Source of the DNA: an uncultured archaeon
GTDB taxonomy: Archaea; Micrarchaeota; Micrarchaeia; Micrarchaeales; CABMGC01
Direction: 5' to 3'
Length of the DNA stretch: 64,000 nt
Assembly: GCA_963787445.1 (NCBI GenBank)
Contig: CAWBCT010000005.1
Coordinates: forward strand, 288,001 to 352,000
The translations under genes were made by a program, and so were the position numbers. This document shows, piece by piece, positions 35,918 through 46,452 of the stretch; within the stretch, counting starts at the first letter, position 1, and the number at the start of each line of letters is the position of its first letter. The notes beneath the pieces were generated by a model. The model was not told where the DNA came from, made no database searches, and saw only the letters and a program-made list of their open reading frames with translations.

Positions 35918-36694
35918 ATGGAGATAGAAGTAGACTTTACCAAGAGCGCCCAGATGAACGCCAAGGACTACTTTGGGGAGTCGAAAAAGGCAAAATGGAA
36001 GATGGAGGGCGCAAAGAAGTCGATCACGGACCTCCAGAAGAAGCTGAAGGAGGCGGAAGCGCTTGAGGAGAAGCGGAAGGAGATGAGAATAGTCCAGAAG
36101 CGCGAGTGGTACGAGAAGTTCAACTGGTTCTTCACCAGCTCGGGCATGCTGGCTGTGGGAGGGAGGAGCGCGGACCAGAACGAGGAGCTCAACAGCAAGC
36201 ACTTTGAGGCGCACGACCTGTTTTTCCACGCCGAGATCTTCGGAGCGTCTGTCGTAATACTAAAGGACGGGACAAAGTCAAAGAAAGAGGATAGGGAGGA
36301 GGTGGCGCAGTTCGCAGCCTCGTTCTCGAAGGCCTGGGAGAACGCCCAGGGGATAGTTGACGTTTATTCACTTAACAGAGAGCAGGTGACAAAGTCGAGA
36401 AATGCCGGATCGCTGGCCAAAGGGAGCTTCGTGCTCAAGGGAGAGAGGGAGTGGTACAGAAGCACTGTTCTGGGACTGGGCGCCTTCGTTCAGGAGATCG
36501 GGGAGGATAAGCACAAGGTCATCGCCATAGCGCCGCTCCTTACCTGTGAAAGGAATGGGGGCAGCTACGTGAGGATAGGCACAGGAAATACGAAGAAGTC
36601 TGACGCCGCGAAGCAGATAGCAAAGAAGCTGCAGCAGGACGAGGTCGATTACATAATGCAGCATATGCCGACCGGCCCATTCTCAATCAAGTGA
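35918..36694 (+). CDS. NFACT RNA-binding (DUF814) domain protein, C-terminal part of the Rqc2/NEMF family
   Basis: EWYEKFNWF, GGRSADQNE, FHAEIFGA, GSFVLKGER. Confidence 0.88.
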   Translation: MEIEVDFTKSAQMNAKDYFGESKKAKWKMEGAKKSITDLQKKLKEAEALEEKRKEMRIVQKREWYEKFNWFFTSSGMLAVGGRSADQNEELNSKHFEAHDLFFHAEIFGASVVILKDGTKSKKEDREEVAQFAASFSKAWENAQGIVDVYSLNREQVTKSRNAGSLAKGSFVLKGEREWYRSTVLGLGAFVQEIGEDKHKVIAIAPLLTCERNGGSYVRIGTGNTKKSDAAKQIAKKLQQDEVDYIMQHMPTGPFSIK

Positions 36695-36698
36695 ACCT

Positions 36699-37346
36699 AT
36701 GGAGGGTAAGGAGAACATACTTTGGTGGGAGGCAATACTGAAGATTAGTCCTGCAGCATACAAAACATGGTTTGAAGAAGAAAGACGTTTTTTGAGAGAG
36801 AATGTTAGAAAAGGGTCAAGCCTTCTTGATGTGGCCTGTGGTGATGGGCGGACATTGTTAGATCTAGCTAGTCTCACCGACAATCTGACCGGCATTGACT
36901 ATAATGAGAATGCAATAAATCACGCAAAGCTTAACCTAAAGAGATTTCCGAAAGTAAAACTGCTTGTTGCAGATGCGAAAAACTTGCCATTTGAAGAACA
37001 GTCTTTTGATTATGTAACATGTTTAGCAACACTAGGAAACTTCGAAGCAGACAAGCTCCACATATTGAAAGAGATGAAAAGAGTACTCAAAAAGGACGGA
37101 ACAGTTCTAATAGGTGTCTATTCGGAGGACGCATTGGAAGAGCGGTTAAGTGCATACAAAAATATAGGACTTGGAATAAAAGAGATAACACCGGAAGGGA
37201 CTGTAATATTTGAGAAATCAACCCAGGCGGGAGTATCTGAACAGTTCTCAAAAAAGCGACTTATTGAGATTTTTAAAGAAGCTGGATTTAAAGTAATAGG
37301 TATGAAAAAGGTAAGTATAGCTTATCTTTGCAAGCTTTCCAAGTAA
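36699..37346 (+). CDS. Class I SAM-dependent methyltransferase
   Basis: LLDVACGDG, DAKNLPF, EMKRVLKKDG; AT-rich. Confidence 0.88.
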   Translation: MEGKENILWWEAILKISPAAYKTWFEEERRFLRENVRKGSSLLDVACGDGRTLLDLASLTDNLTGIDYNENAINHAKLNLKRFPKVKLLVADAKNLPFEEQSFDYVTCLATLGNFEADKLHILKEMKRVLKKDGTVLIGVYSEDALEERLSAYKNIGLGIKEITPEGTVIFEKSTQAGVSEQFSKKRLIEIFKEAGFKVIGMKKVSIAYLCKLSK

Positions 37347-37386
37347 GCTTTATAAGCGTAATCCCTCTATTTCTAGCCGTGATATA

Positions 37387-39378
37387 ATGCAATTCTATTA
37401 CTATAGCCTACTGGCAGGCATCGGAGCGCTAATCATTGCTATTGTGGCTGCTTTCTCGATCCTGAAGAAGGAGGAAGGCACAGAAAAGATGAAGGAGATT
37501 GCCAAGGCGATAAGGGAGGGGGCGAGCGCCTACCTTAACAGGCAGCTAAAGACAATCCTCATATTTGCAGTGATAATTGCTATACTTCTATACTTCCTGC
37601 TGCCCAGCGGCGGACAGATAGTGGCGGCGTTTGCGGTGGGAGCAGTAGCATCCTATCTCACGGCATTCTTCGGAATGAACGTTGCAGTAAGATCTAACCT
37701 AAGAACCGCGAAGAGCGCAGAGAAGGGCGTCAAGGAGGCCTTCTGGACCGGAATACTCGGCGGATCGGTCACTGGATTCGCAGCTGTGGGCTTCTCGCTC
37801 ATCGGGCTAAGCCTACTGCTTGCATATCTTTCTGTTTCTGGAATTGCAATACTTATAGGATTTGGATTCGGAGCCTCTCTGGTCTCGCTGTTCGCGAGAG
37901 TCGGAGGCGGCATCTTCACCAAGGCGGCTGACGTAGGCGCAGACCTGGTCGGGAAGACAGAGCTTAACCTGCCTGAGGACGACCCAAGGAACCCGGCAGT
38001 CATAGCGGACAACGTTGGGGACAACGTGGGCGACTGCGCCGGAATGGCAGCCGACGTCTTCGAGAGCTACTCGGTAACCCTTGTTGCTTCGTTGCTCATC
38101 GCTGCAACGCTTGCGGTGACCATGACCTTCGCAAGTTCGTTCTCCCTTCCGCTTTACATAGCGTGCGTTGGCCTGGTCGGCAGCTTCATCAGCGTGCCGG
38201 TCATGAAGAAGTTCGGCAGCCATCCGAACAGGGCACTCTACTGGGGAATAGGATCCGCAGTGGTCGTCTCGGCGGTGCTGGACCTCATATTGATATACCT
38301 GAAGGCTCCGTTTGTGCTTGTGGTTCCGGTATTTGCCGGGCTTGCGCTTGCGATACTGCTCTTCTGGGTGGCTGATTACTACACCGGAGGAAAGAGCAAG
38401 TCTGTTCTGAAGATAGCCAAGGCCTCAACAACAGGAGCGGGCACCAATGTGATAACAGGCCTCGCAGTGGGACTTATGAGCACCTGGATGCCGGTGCTGT
38501 TCATAGTGATCGCAATATTGGTAAGCTACTTTGCTGCAGGCGTATACGGAATAGCGATTGCAGCTGTTGGAATGCTCTCAATAACCCCAACCATACTGAC
38601 CATAGACTCTTTCGGGCCTATAACGGACAATGCGGGTGGAATAGCGGAGATGGCTGGACTTCCTGCCAAGGTAAGGACTGTTACAGACCACCTTGACGCG
38701 CTGGGCAACACGACCAAGGCCACCACAAAGGCCTACGCCATAGGCGGCGCGGCACTGTCTGCCACCGCCTTGTTGGTCGCATTTGCATCGGCTGTGCACC
38801 TGCCGGCCATAGACGCCCTGAACCCGGTCGTCCTGGTGGGCATATTCATAGGAGCGCTTCTGCCATTCGTCTTCTCGTCATTCCTGATGGGAGCTGTGGG
38901 ATACACGGCAAACCTGATGGTGGACGAAGTGAGAAGGCAGGTCAGGACAATAAAGGGTCTGATGACGGGCAAGGCGAAGCCGGATTACGCAAGGGCTGTT
39001 GACATAGCCACGGTGAACGCGATAAAGTCGCTGGCTGTGCCTGAGCTCATTGCCATAGTCACTCCAATAGCTGTAGGATTGATACTTGGAGTAGAGGCCC
39101 TGGGAGGGCTGCTGGTCGGGATGATACCCGCGAGCCTGATGCTTGCGTTATTCATGGCCAATAGCGGTGCCGCAATGGACAACGCCAAGAAGTACATCGA
39201 GTCGGGCAAGTACGGCGGAAAGGGCAGCGATGCCCACAAGGCCGCGGTGGTGGGAGACACGCTTGGTGATCCTCTCAAGGACACCGCAGGGCCTGCGCTC
39301 AACTCAATGATAAAGGTGGTTAGCACGATTGCGATCCTGCTGGCGCCCGTCTTCCTGAGCGTTGTGCTGCTGCACTGA
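37387..39378 (+). CDS. hppA: Membrane-bound ion-translocating pyrophosphatase (probably K+-independent H+-PPase)
   Basis: GGIFTKAADVGADLVGK, DNVGDNVGD, GNTTKA, GDPLKD. Confidence 0.95.
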   Translation: MQFYYYSLLAGIGALIIAIVAAFSILKKEEGTEKMKEIAKAIREGASAYLNRQLKTILIFAVIIAILLYFLLPSGGQIVAAFAVGAVASYLTAFFGMNVAVRSNLRTAKSAEKGVKEAFWTGILGGSVTGFAAVGFSLIGLSLLLAYLSVSGIAILIGFGFGASLVSLFARVGGGIFTKAADVGADLVGKTELNLPEDDPRNPAVIADNVGDNVGDCAGMAADVFESYSVTLVASLLIAATLAVTMTFASSFSLPLYIACVGLVGSFISVPVMKKFGSHPNRALYWGIGSAVVVSAVLDLILIYLKAPFVLVVPVFAGLALAILLFWVADYYTGGKSKSVLKIAKASTTGAGTNVITGLAVGLMSTWMPVLFIVIAILVSYFAAGVYGIAIAAVGMLSITPTILTIDSFGPITDNAGGIAEMAGLPAKVRTVTDHLDALGNTTKATTKAYAIGGAALSATALLVAFASAVHLPAIDALNPVVLVGIFIGALLPFVFSSFLMGAVGYTANLMVDEVRRQVRTIKGLMTGKAKPDYARAVDIATVNAIKSLAVPELIAIVTPIAVGLILGVEALGGLLVGMIPASLMLALFMANSGAAMDNAKKYIESGKYGGKGSDAHKAAVVGDTLGDPLKDTAGPALNSMIKVVSTIAILLAPVFLSVVLLH

Positions 39379-39383
39379 GCATT

Positions 39384-39429
39384 TTGTGGACATCAGCACA
39401 CGACAATTAGTCGTGTGTTTATGTCACAA
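39384..39429. terminator. Long hairpin after hppA (terminator or operator)
   Basis: Core CACACGAC-AATTA-GTCGTGTG extended by TTGTGGACAT/ATGTCACAA. Confidence 0.5.
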
Positions 39430-39457
39430 GATGAAAAATGATAATATAAAGGTAGCG

Positions 39458-39476
39458 TAGCCTATGGAATAGGCTA
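39458..39476. promoter_or_regulatory. Perfect 8-bp inverted repeat just downstream of a TATA-like box
   Basis: TAGCCTAT-GGA-ATAGGCTA upstream of the orphan at 39509. Confidence 0.4.
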
Positions 39477-39508
39477 AATATCATAATAGACGATATAACA
39501 ACGATGGT

Positions 39509-40753
39509 ATGAAAGAACCAGTGCCTGAAATCGTGGTTCAGGACGTCGATGAGTTAATCTTTTCGTATAAAGCATTGCTTGAGAACTTAGATACTACGGA
39601 TGTATCGGACAAAAATGAACTTGATAAGATTGAGAGCCATTTAGATCGGATGCTGTACTTCACAAATTACTTGCTTGATAAGCCTGCTTTTGAGTCGGCG
39701 GTTTTGTTAGAATTAGAGGTCTTAAACAAGAGATTAGGTGCTAAAATGGGGCAAAAGTTTGGTAAATCCAGCAGGACTATCAGTAACTTAAGAGTAATTA
39801 CTGCACATCAGGCGCACAAGGTTGTGAATAAGAATCAGGAAGTCGATGGCAACATAGCCCGCTTGAAAGATGCGGCCGTGGTTGCAAAAAGAGGCAATAG
39901 TGCAGAGGGTAGAGAGACGACGGGCGCGGGTTTCATCGAAAAGCTTCGCAGTGTAAATAGATGGCTAATGTTACCAGTGCTCGCCATAGCTGGGACCATT
40001 ATTTACAACGATGTCAAATCTGGTAAACCAGAAACAAACTACTATACTCAATCTTATGTTAGTATCGCATCCACTGATTTTCAAAGTGCAGAATTGGAAT
40101 ACCAGACCACCGCAACAAAAAATAAAAATGCCGAGCAAACTGGTTACGAAGTTAATGGTGTGACTGATGCAAAATGGTGGTACCAGACGGGACTTAAGTA
40201 CACATCAAGTAACAGTAAGTTTTCTCTTCTTTACGAAGTATGGAACGATAAATCTGTGTCAGTTATACCGAGTAGGGGGGTCTCAGGTGATGTCAGTTTT
40301 GATGGTCAGGTAAATGAAGGGGACACAATTACTATAAAAATAGGTATGGAAAGTGGTAAGGTTCATATGAGTGCTATCGACCTTAATACCAAAGCTAAAG
40401 CTGAGATAGGATTTGATGCACATGGTTCTGTTTTTGTAGGTAGTCCTTACACAGGTGTTATGACTGAAACGGTTTCTTCCAAAGATTCACATCAAGAACT
40501 TCTAATACAGAAGTATGTTGGTCCGATTGGTGTTCTAAAAAGCAGTGCCTCTCATCAGGTAACTCTAGGGAAATTAGATTTCGTAGAAGTAGATAAGACA
40601 GTACCACATAGGGAAATTACATCACAAAGTTTACGGGTGAGGGAGGAGAAGACCATTCATCCTTTACCAAACATATGTTATGTTGTTGATGGCATTCAAT
40701 ATACCCATAATGAAGGAACTCCGGACGTAGTTATTACTGCTACCAAACGATAA
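39509..40753 (+). CDS. Hypothetical single-TM protein with beta-rich C-terminal domain
   Basis: 414-aa ORF, AT-rich, TM at WLMLPVLAIAGTIIY. Confidence 0.65.
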   Translation: MKEPVPEIVVQDVDELIFSYKALLENLDTTDVSDKNELDKIESHLDRMLYFTNYLLDKPAFESAVLLELEVLNKRLGAKMGQKFGKSSRTISNLRVITAHQAHKVVNKNQEVDGNIARLKDAAVVAKRGNSAEGRETTGAGFIEKLRSVNRWLMLPVLAIAGTIIYNDVKSGKPETNYYTQSYVSIASTDFQSAELEYQTTATKNKNAEQTGYEVNGVTDAKWWYQTGLKYTSSNSKFSLLYEVWNDKSVSVIPSRGVSGDVSFDGQVNEGDTITIKIGMESGKVHMSAIDLNTKAKAEIGFDAHGSVFVGSPYTGVMTETVSSKDSHQELLIQKYVGPIGVLKSSASHQVTLGKLDFVEVDKTVPHREITSQSLRVREEKTIHPLPNICYVVDGIQYTHNEGTPDVVITATKR

Positions 40754-40849
40754 ATACATTTCGAGAATAAATTGACGGGCTTGCTATCGTGCTCTTTGGA
40801 GTTAGAAGCAAGCTATATAAATCTAAAAGCAGCCATTTGTAGTGATAGG

Positions 40850-41320
40850 ATGGCTGTAGAAAAACAGAAAGAGGATAAAACAGCAGTGATAGCGCCACTC
40901 CAGCGTGAGGCATCGAAGATTACACTATTATCAGACAAACTAATGTCATATTCTGATGCGGAAAGGGGAGCTAAGGATAAAGGACAGGGATTAATTAAGA
41001 CGATTGAAATCGCACGCAAACTGAGAGAATGGGATGACTTCAATGGAGCTTGCGGAAAGAAATATTGGATAGGAGACATACCTGGCATCCCAAATCATCG
41101 TGAATACAAAATAGATTATGAAACAGGGGAGATAACGGCTGTGACTACGAGGGAGTTTTACGAGCTTCCAATACAGCAACGGATTATGATAGAAAGAGGG
41201 GAAAGCACACATTACCCGCTTGCTCTCGAAGTCATGGAGAAGTCAAGGGTCGAACGGTTCAAGGTTACTCAACAGGTAGATAGTGCTTTGGCAGCCTTAT
41301 CCGACGAGCCCGTAGTATAA
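40850..41320 (+). CDS. Hypothetical protein
   Basis: ORF with TATA-like TATATAAA about 30 bp upstream of ATG 40850. Confidence 0.55.
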   Translation: MAVEKQKEDKTAVIAPLQREASKITLLSDKLMSYSDAERGAKDKGQGLIKTIEIARKLREWDDFNGACGKKYWIGDIPGIPNHREYKIDYETGEITAVTTREFYELPIQQRIMIERGESTHYPLALEVMEKSRVERFKVTQQVDSALAALSDEPVV

Positions 41321-41396
41321 TTTGTTGTCTCAGTTTTATACGGAATGACTTATATTATTATCGCTACATATAGATAATTACTGTTGGAGTGGTGTT

Positions 41397-42140
41397 ATGT
41401 TTGAGCTTAAGATAGATAATGCGAAGTACTGGAAAGACTGCGTTGCGGCCATAGGGAGCCTGGTTGACGAAGGGCTTTTCATAATCACCAAGGAGGGAAT
41501 AGCCCTTAAGGCGATGGACCCCTCCAGCATCAGCATGATCTCGTTCTTCATGCCCAACAAGGCGTTCTCCAAGTTCAACATAGACAAGAACATGAACGTG
41601 GGCCTCAACATCGACAACCTGAACAAGATACTTTCAAGGACCAGGGACAACGAGTCGCTGGTCATGAAGGACACGGACAACAAGCTCTCGCTTGAGTTCG
41701 TGGGAGAGGGGAGCAAGAGAAGGTACAAGATGCAGCTTATTGACGTGAAGAAGAGCGTTGAGAAGGAGCCGAATGTCGAGTTCGATGCGCACGTCGAGAT
41801 AAACGGCGAGCCGTTCAAGGACATCATAAAGGACGCAAGCCTGATTTCATCCTACATCGGGTTCAAGGCCTCCAAGGAGCAGTTCTCAGTGAGCGCCAGG
41901 GGTGATTCTGGAGAGCTGGAGGAGCTCCATGAGGGAGACGGCAACATCGTCAAGAAGATAGACGCGAAGAAGGGCGCCGAGTCGACATTCAACCTCGAGT
42001 TCCTTGAGAACATGGTAAGGGGTTGCCCCATAGGCAGCAACATCTCCATCGCACTGAAGTCCAGCGAGCCGATGAAACTGAGATACAATATCGGGGACGC
42101 GGAACTCTCATACTTTTTGGCCCCGTACATGGAAGAGTAA
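41397..42140 (+). CDS. pcn: DNA polymerase sliding clamp PCNA
   Basis: ALKAMDPSSISM, C-terminal YFLAP. Confidence 0.96.
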   Translation: MFELKIDNAKYWKDCVAAIGSLVDEGLFIITKEGIALKAMDPSSISMISFFMPNKAFSKFNIDKNMNVGLNIDNLNKILSRTRDNESLVMKDTDNKLSLEFVGEGSKRRYKMQLIDVKKSVEKEPNVEFDAHVEINGEPFKDIIKDASLISSYIGFKASKEQFSVSARGDSGELEELHEGDGNIVKKIDAKKGAESTFNLEFLENMVRGCPIGSNISIALKSSEPMKLRYNIGDAELSYFLAPYMEE

Positions 42141-42157
42141 CCCGGATGGGCCGTTCC

Positions 42158-43279
42158 ATGAAGACAATCAAGGAGGGTTCGGCAACAATAGCGCTGTCAG
42201 AGGACGTTTTCTACAATCCTAGGATGAAGGAGCTTAGGGACCTCTCCGTACTTTTTCTAAAAGCAGTTAAGGCAAAAGGTCGATTACTGGACGCGACCAG
42301 TGCAACAGGCATAAGGGGCATCAGATATGCAAAGGAGGTCGGAATGAAGGATGTGGTCTGCCTTGACATTAACGAGGCTGCTTACAAAAACATAAAGAGC
42401 AATGTGAAGAGGAACAGGCTTTCACTGAAAGTTGCAAACACAAGCATCCATGAGTTCACCGCGCAGGGCAGGCCGGACAACCTCTTTGATGTAATAGACC
42501 TGGACCCGTTCGGATCGCCGATGCCCTACCTGGATGACACGCTCAGAATGTCGAATGACGGCGCAATTTTGATGATCACCGCAACCGACACTGCAGTCTT
42601 GTGCGGCGCCCATACAAAGGCCTGCATAAAACTCTATGGTTCAAAGCCAATGCATAACGAATTGTGCAAGGAATCCGGGATAAGGATTCTGATAAACTAT
42701 GTGATACGCGCAGCAGCGCGGTTCAACTTCGGCGTGGAAGTTTTGCTGTCCGTGTCTGATAGGCACTATATGCGCATCTTTGTGAGAGTGAAGAAAGGTG
42801 CCGACGCCGCTGTGAATTCAATAAAAGAGTGTGGCTTTGCAACATTCTGTACAAAGTGCCATAGTTTCAGTTATGCTAAGGGCCTTGCCCCAATCTTAAT
42901 CAAGAATTGCACAAAATGCAAAGCGCATGTAGAGGGTTTTGGACCGATGTTCCTTGGCAGGCTGTATGATGGGGATTTGCTCAAGAAAATGGTGCATGAA
43001 AATGTAGGTACACCAGTTAAATTCCCTGAAGCAGGCAGACAGTTGCAACATATTTACAATGAATTTGATACTCATTTCTTTTACGCAATACCAAAGCTCA
43101 CTAGGAATCTAAAAATAAGTTCAGTGGGCACAGACAAACTTATTTCTGCCCTAGAAAAGAAGAAATTCAAAGCAACCAGAACGCAATTCAGCGTCGATGG
43201 GATAAAAACAGATGCGAGTTTGGACGTGATCCTTGGCTGTATAAAAGTATTGGGCAGAGAACAAAAAGCGAAAGAATAA
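42158..43279 (+). CDS. trm1: tRNA (guanine26-N2)-dimethyltransferase
   Basis: VFYNPRM, SATGIRGIRY, DLDPFGSP, TATD; start 42146 or 42158. Confidence 0.95.
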   Translation: MKTIKEGSATIALSEDVFYNPRMKELRDLSVLFLKAVKAKGRLLDATSATGIRGIRYAKEVGMKDVVCLDINEAAYKNIKSNVKRNRLSLKVANTSIHEFTAQGRPDNLFDVIDLDPFGSPMPYLDDTLRMSNDGAILMITATDTAVLCGAHTKACIKLYGSKPMHNELCKESGIRILINYVIRAAARFNFGVEVLLSVSDRHYMRIFVRVKKGADAAVNSIKECGFATFCTKCHSFSYAKGLAPILIKNCTKCKAHVEGFGPMFLGRLYDGDLLKKMVHENVGTPVKFPEAGRQLQHIYNEFDTHFFYAIPKLTRNLKISSVGTDKLISALEKKKFKATRTQFSVDGIKTDASLDVILGCIKVLGREQKAKE

Positions 43280-43461
43280 ATATGGCTATCCGGGTTTCTT
43301 TTATCAACATATATTTTCTCGTAAATTTGGATTAAATCGACGACAAGATCGCGGGGTATCTTTTCTGATATCGCTTTACTAATTTCAAAATGGAGTGTTT
43401 AAAAAGACTAGTGTCCAATAAACAATTCGCTGAATTTCAAAAAGGGGAAAAATAGCTTATT

Positions 43462-46404
43462 GTGGTGGTTTGGGTGGATGAGGACGTGCATGCTGGTGGG
43501 TTTAAAACAGTCAAGAAGAGAGACGGCTCGGTGGTCGACTTTGATGAACAGAAGATCAAGGACGCTATCGGGAAGGCGATAACAGCTACGAGGGGGAGCA
43601 CCGACAACGTGGACCTCGGCGGGCTCACAGAGCACGTGATTAAGGGGATAGAAAACAGGTACGCAGGCTACAAGACCCCTGACGTTGAGGGAATACAGGA
43701 CATAGTGGAGAGGACCCTGATGGAGTTCGGGCTTTACGATGTCTCGAGGTCTTACATACTTTACAGGGAAAGGCACCGCGAGCTTCGCGAGACGCAGCAG
43801 CGGGAGATACTTCAAAAGATAGAGAAGGGGCAGATACAGGTCATCAAGAGGGACATGAAGAAGGAGGCGTTCGACAAGAACAAGCTGAAGGCTTACATAG
43901 CCCGTGCCTGCAGGGGATACGAGGGGATGGTTAACGTTGATGAGCTCGTCAGGCAGTGTGAAGTTGGCGCGCATGAAGGAATGAGCACCGCTGACATTGC
44001 GAAGCTTGCAATACTTTCATCAAGGACATTCATAGAGTTTGAGCCAAATGCCTACTCAATGGTGACATCAAGACTCTTCCTCTCGGCGCTTTACAAGGAG
44101 GCTCTTTCAATACCGTTCACCCCAGGCAACGTGAACCAATCGTATAAGGTCTCGTTCCCAAAGAGCGTAGAGGTCGGCGTGAAGCAGGGGATACTTGACC
44201 CGGAGATGCTCAATTTTGACCTGCAGAGGCTCGCCCAGGCACTCAACATAGGCCGCGACGAGCTGGTCACCTACAGGGGGCTTCAGACCCTTTACGACAG
44301 ATACTTCATCAGGGACAGGACAAGGGACGTCCCTATCGAGACCCCTCAGTTCTTCTGGATGAGAGTGGCGATGGGGCTCTCGATCAGGGAGAAGGACAGG
44401 GAAGCCAGCGCGATACGGTTCTATGAGGTCCTTTCGACCCTCAGATTCGTCTCTTCCACCCCGACGCTGTTCCATTCGGGCATGACGAGGCCGCAGCTAA
44501 GCTCGTGCTACCTGACAACGGTCGAGGACTCGCTTGACCATATCTTCAAGTGTATTGGAGACAATGCGCAGCTGTCAAAGTGGTCAGGAGGGCTAGGAAA
44601 CGACTGGACAAACCTGCGCGCAATGGGCGCCAACATAAAGGGAACAGGGGTTGAGAGCCAGGGCGTAGTCCCATTCCTGAAGATAGCAAATGATACTACA
44701 GTCGCTATAAACAGAAGCGGCAAGAGGCGTGGCGCAACCTGTGCATACCTCGAGACATGGCACATGGACATAGAGGACTTTTTGGACCTACGCAAGACGA
44801 CCGGTGACGAAAGAAGACGCACGCAGGACATGGACACCGCGAACTGGATACCAGACCTGTTCATGAAGCGCGTGATTGCCGATGGGGACTGGACACTCTT
44901 CTCTCCAGACGAGGTGCCCGAGCTGCACCATATTTATGGGAGGGCTTTTGAGGCCAAGTACGCAGAGTACGAAGAGAAGGCCAGGAAGGGAGAGATAAAA
45001 ATGTTCAAGGTCATCAAGGCCCAGGCGCTCTGGAGGAAGATGATAACCTCCCTGTTCGAGACTTCACACCCGTGGATGGTATTCAAGGACCCGGCGAATG
45101 TGCGCTCCCCGCAGGACCACGTAGGTGTGGTTCACAGCTCAAACCTCTGCACAGAGATAACGCTTAACACCTCAAAGACGGAGACGGCGGTCTGCAACCT
45201 CGGCTCGGTCAACCTGGTAAAGCATGTAAAGGCGGGCAAGCTGGACAAGGAGCTGATAAAGGATACGGTCACCACTGCGATGAGAATGCTCGACAATGTG
45301 ATAGACATCTGCTTCTACCCGACCCAGGAGGCGAAGTACTCAAACTTCAAGCACAGGCCGGTAGGACTGGGGATAATGGGCTTCCAGGACGCACTTTACC
45401 TGATGGACCTCAAGTTCGACTCGGAGGAGGCTGTACGCTTCGCCGATGAGAGCATGGAGATCATCTCCTACTGGGCGATACTCGGCTCGACAGAGCTTGC
45501 AAAAGAGCGCGGAGCCTATGAGACCTTCAAGGGCTCAAAGTGGGACCGTGACATTCTTCCGTTGGACACGCTGGGCCTGCTCGAAACCGAGCGCGGGATG
45601 GAGATAAACGTCAACAAGGGGTCGCAGCTCGATTGGACGCCTGTCCGTGAGGCGATAAAGCAGCATGGGATGAGGAACTCGAACTGCATGGCAATTGCTC
45701 CAACAGCAACAATCTCGAACATAGCAGACGCCTTCCCATCAATAGAGCCTATTTACAAGAACATTTATGTGAAGTCCAACATGAGCGGAGAGTTCACGGT
45801 CATAAATCGCTTCCTCATAGACGATCTTAAGAGATTGGGCATCTGGAACAGGACGATGCTTGAGAAGATCAAGGAGGGAGACGGGAACATCCAGAACATA
45901 CAGATAATACCGAAGGCGATACGCGAGAAGTACAAGGAGGCGTTCGACATTGACCCGGAATGGATGATCCGCCAGGCGGCGGCAAGGGGCAAGTGGATCG
46001 ACCAGAGCCAATCGCTGAACATCTTCACGGCAACGAACTCAGGAAAGAGGTTGGCGGAGATCTACACCTACGCCTGGAAGATGGGTCTGAAGAGCACTTA
46101 CTACCTGAGGACAATGGCGGCAACTTCGGTGGAGAAGAGCACCCTGGAGATAACGAACAAGGTGAAGGTCGGCGCTGCTGAGTCGGTAGTGGCGATGGCA
46201 GCAGACCGGGTTGCTGCAGAACCAGTTCCAGTAAAGGCGGCGCAGAAAGTCGAGGCAGCTCCTGAAAATGTGAGGGAGGTCAGCAGTGGAAGCAATGTTG
46301 TCCAGATGCAGGTCGAGCCGCAGCAGGAGGAAGCGGTGGGCAAGGTCTGCAAGGTGGACGGGCATGGGATGAGCGAGGACGAGAACTGCGAGGCCTGCCA
46401 GTAA
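43462..46404 (+). CDS. nrdA: Class I ribonucleotide reductase alpha subunit with two ATP-cones
   Basis: VKKRDG and VIKRD cones, QLSSCYL, SNLCTE, VCNL, TYYLR, C-terminal CEACQ; exact start uncertain. Confidence 0.96.
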   Translation: MVVWVDEDVHAGGFKTVKKRDGSVVDFDEQKIKDAIGKAITATRGSTDNVDLGGLTEHVIKGIENRYAGYKTPDVEGIQDIVERTLMEFGLYDVSRSYILYRERHRELRETQQREILQKIEKGQIQVIKRDMKKEAFDKNKLKAYIARACRGYEGMVNVDELVRQCEVGAHEGMSTADIAKLAILSSRTFIEFEPNAYSMVTSRLFLSALYKEALSIPFTPGNVNQSYKVSFPKSVEVGVKQGILDPEMLNFDLQRLAQALNIGRDELVTYRGLQTLYDRYFIRDRTRDVPIETPQFFWMRVAMGLSIREKDREASAIRFYEVLSTLRFVSSTPTLFHSGMTRPQLSSCYLTTVEDSLDHIFKCIGDNAQLSKWSGGLGNDWTNLRAMGANIKGTGVESQGVVPFLKIANDTTVAINRSGKRRGATCAYLETWHMDIEDFLDLRKTTGDERRRTQDMDTANWIPDLFMKRVIADGDWTLFSPDEVPELHHIYGRAFEAKYAEYEEKARKGEIKMFKVIKAQALWRKMITSLFETSHPWMVFKDPANVRSPQDHVGVVHSSNLCTEITLNTSKTETAVCNLGSVNLVKHVKAGKLDKELIKDTVTTAMRMLDNVIDICFYPTQEAKYSNFKHRPVGLGIMGFQDALYLMDLKFDSEEAVRFADESMEIISYWAILGSTELAKERGAYETFKGSKWDRDILPLDTLGLLETERGMEINVNKGSQLDWTPVREAIKQHGMRNSNCMAIAPTATISNIADAFPSIEPIYKNIYVKSNMSGEFTVINRFLIDDLKRLGIWNRTMLEKIKEGDGNIQNIQIIPKAIREKYKEAFDIDPEWMIRQAAARGKWIDQSQSLNIFTATNSGKRLAEIYTYAWKMGLKSTYYLRTMAATSVEKSTLEITNKVKVGAAESVVAMAADRVAAEPVPVKAAQKVEAAPENVREVSSGSNVVQMQVEPQQEEAVGKVCKVDGHGMSEDENCEACQ

Positions 46405-46452
46405 TAAGTTTTATTCAGAAGCGTTAAAAGATTTTAGCAACTAGTGTTATAC

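Noticed and set aside
42023-42145. Long Trm1/PCNA overlap
   Set aside because: Artefact of an upstream TTG; Trm1 homology begins at ATG 42146/42158.
43280-43461. Possible NrdR boxes or riboswitch upstream of nrdA
   Set aside because: Only a partial AT-rich match (CAACATATATT), no tandem boxes and no convincing structure.
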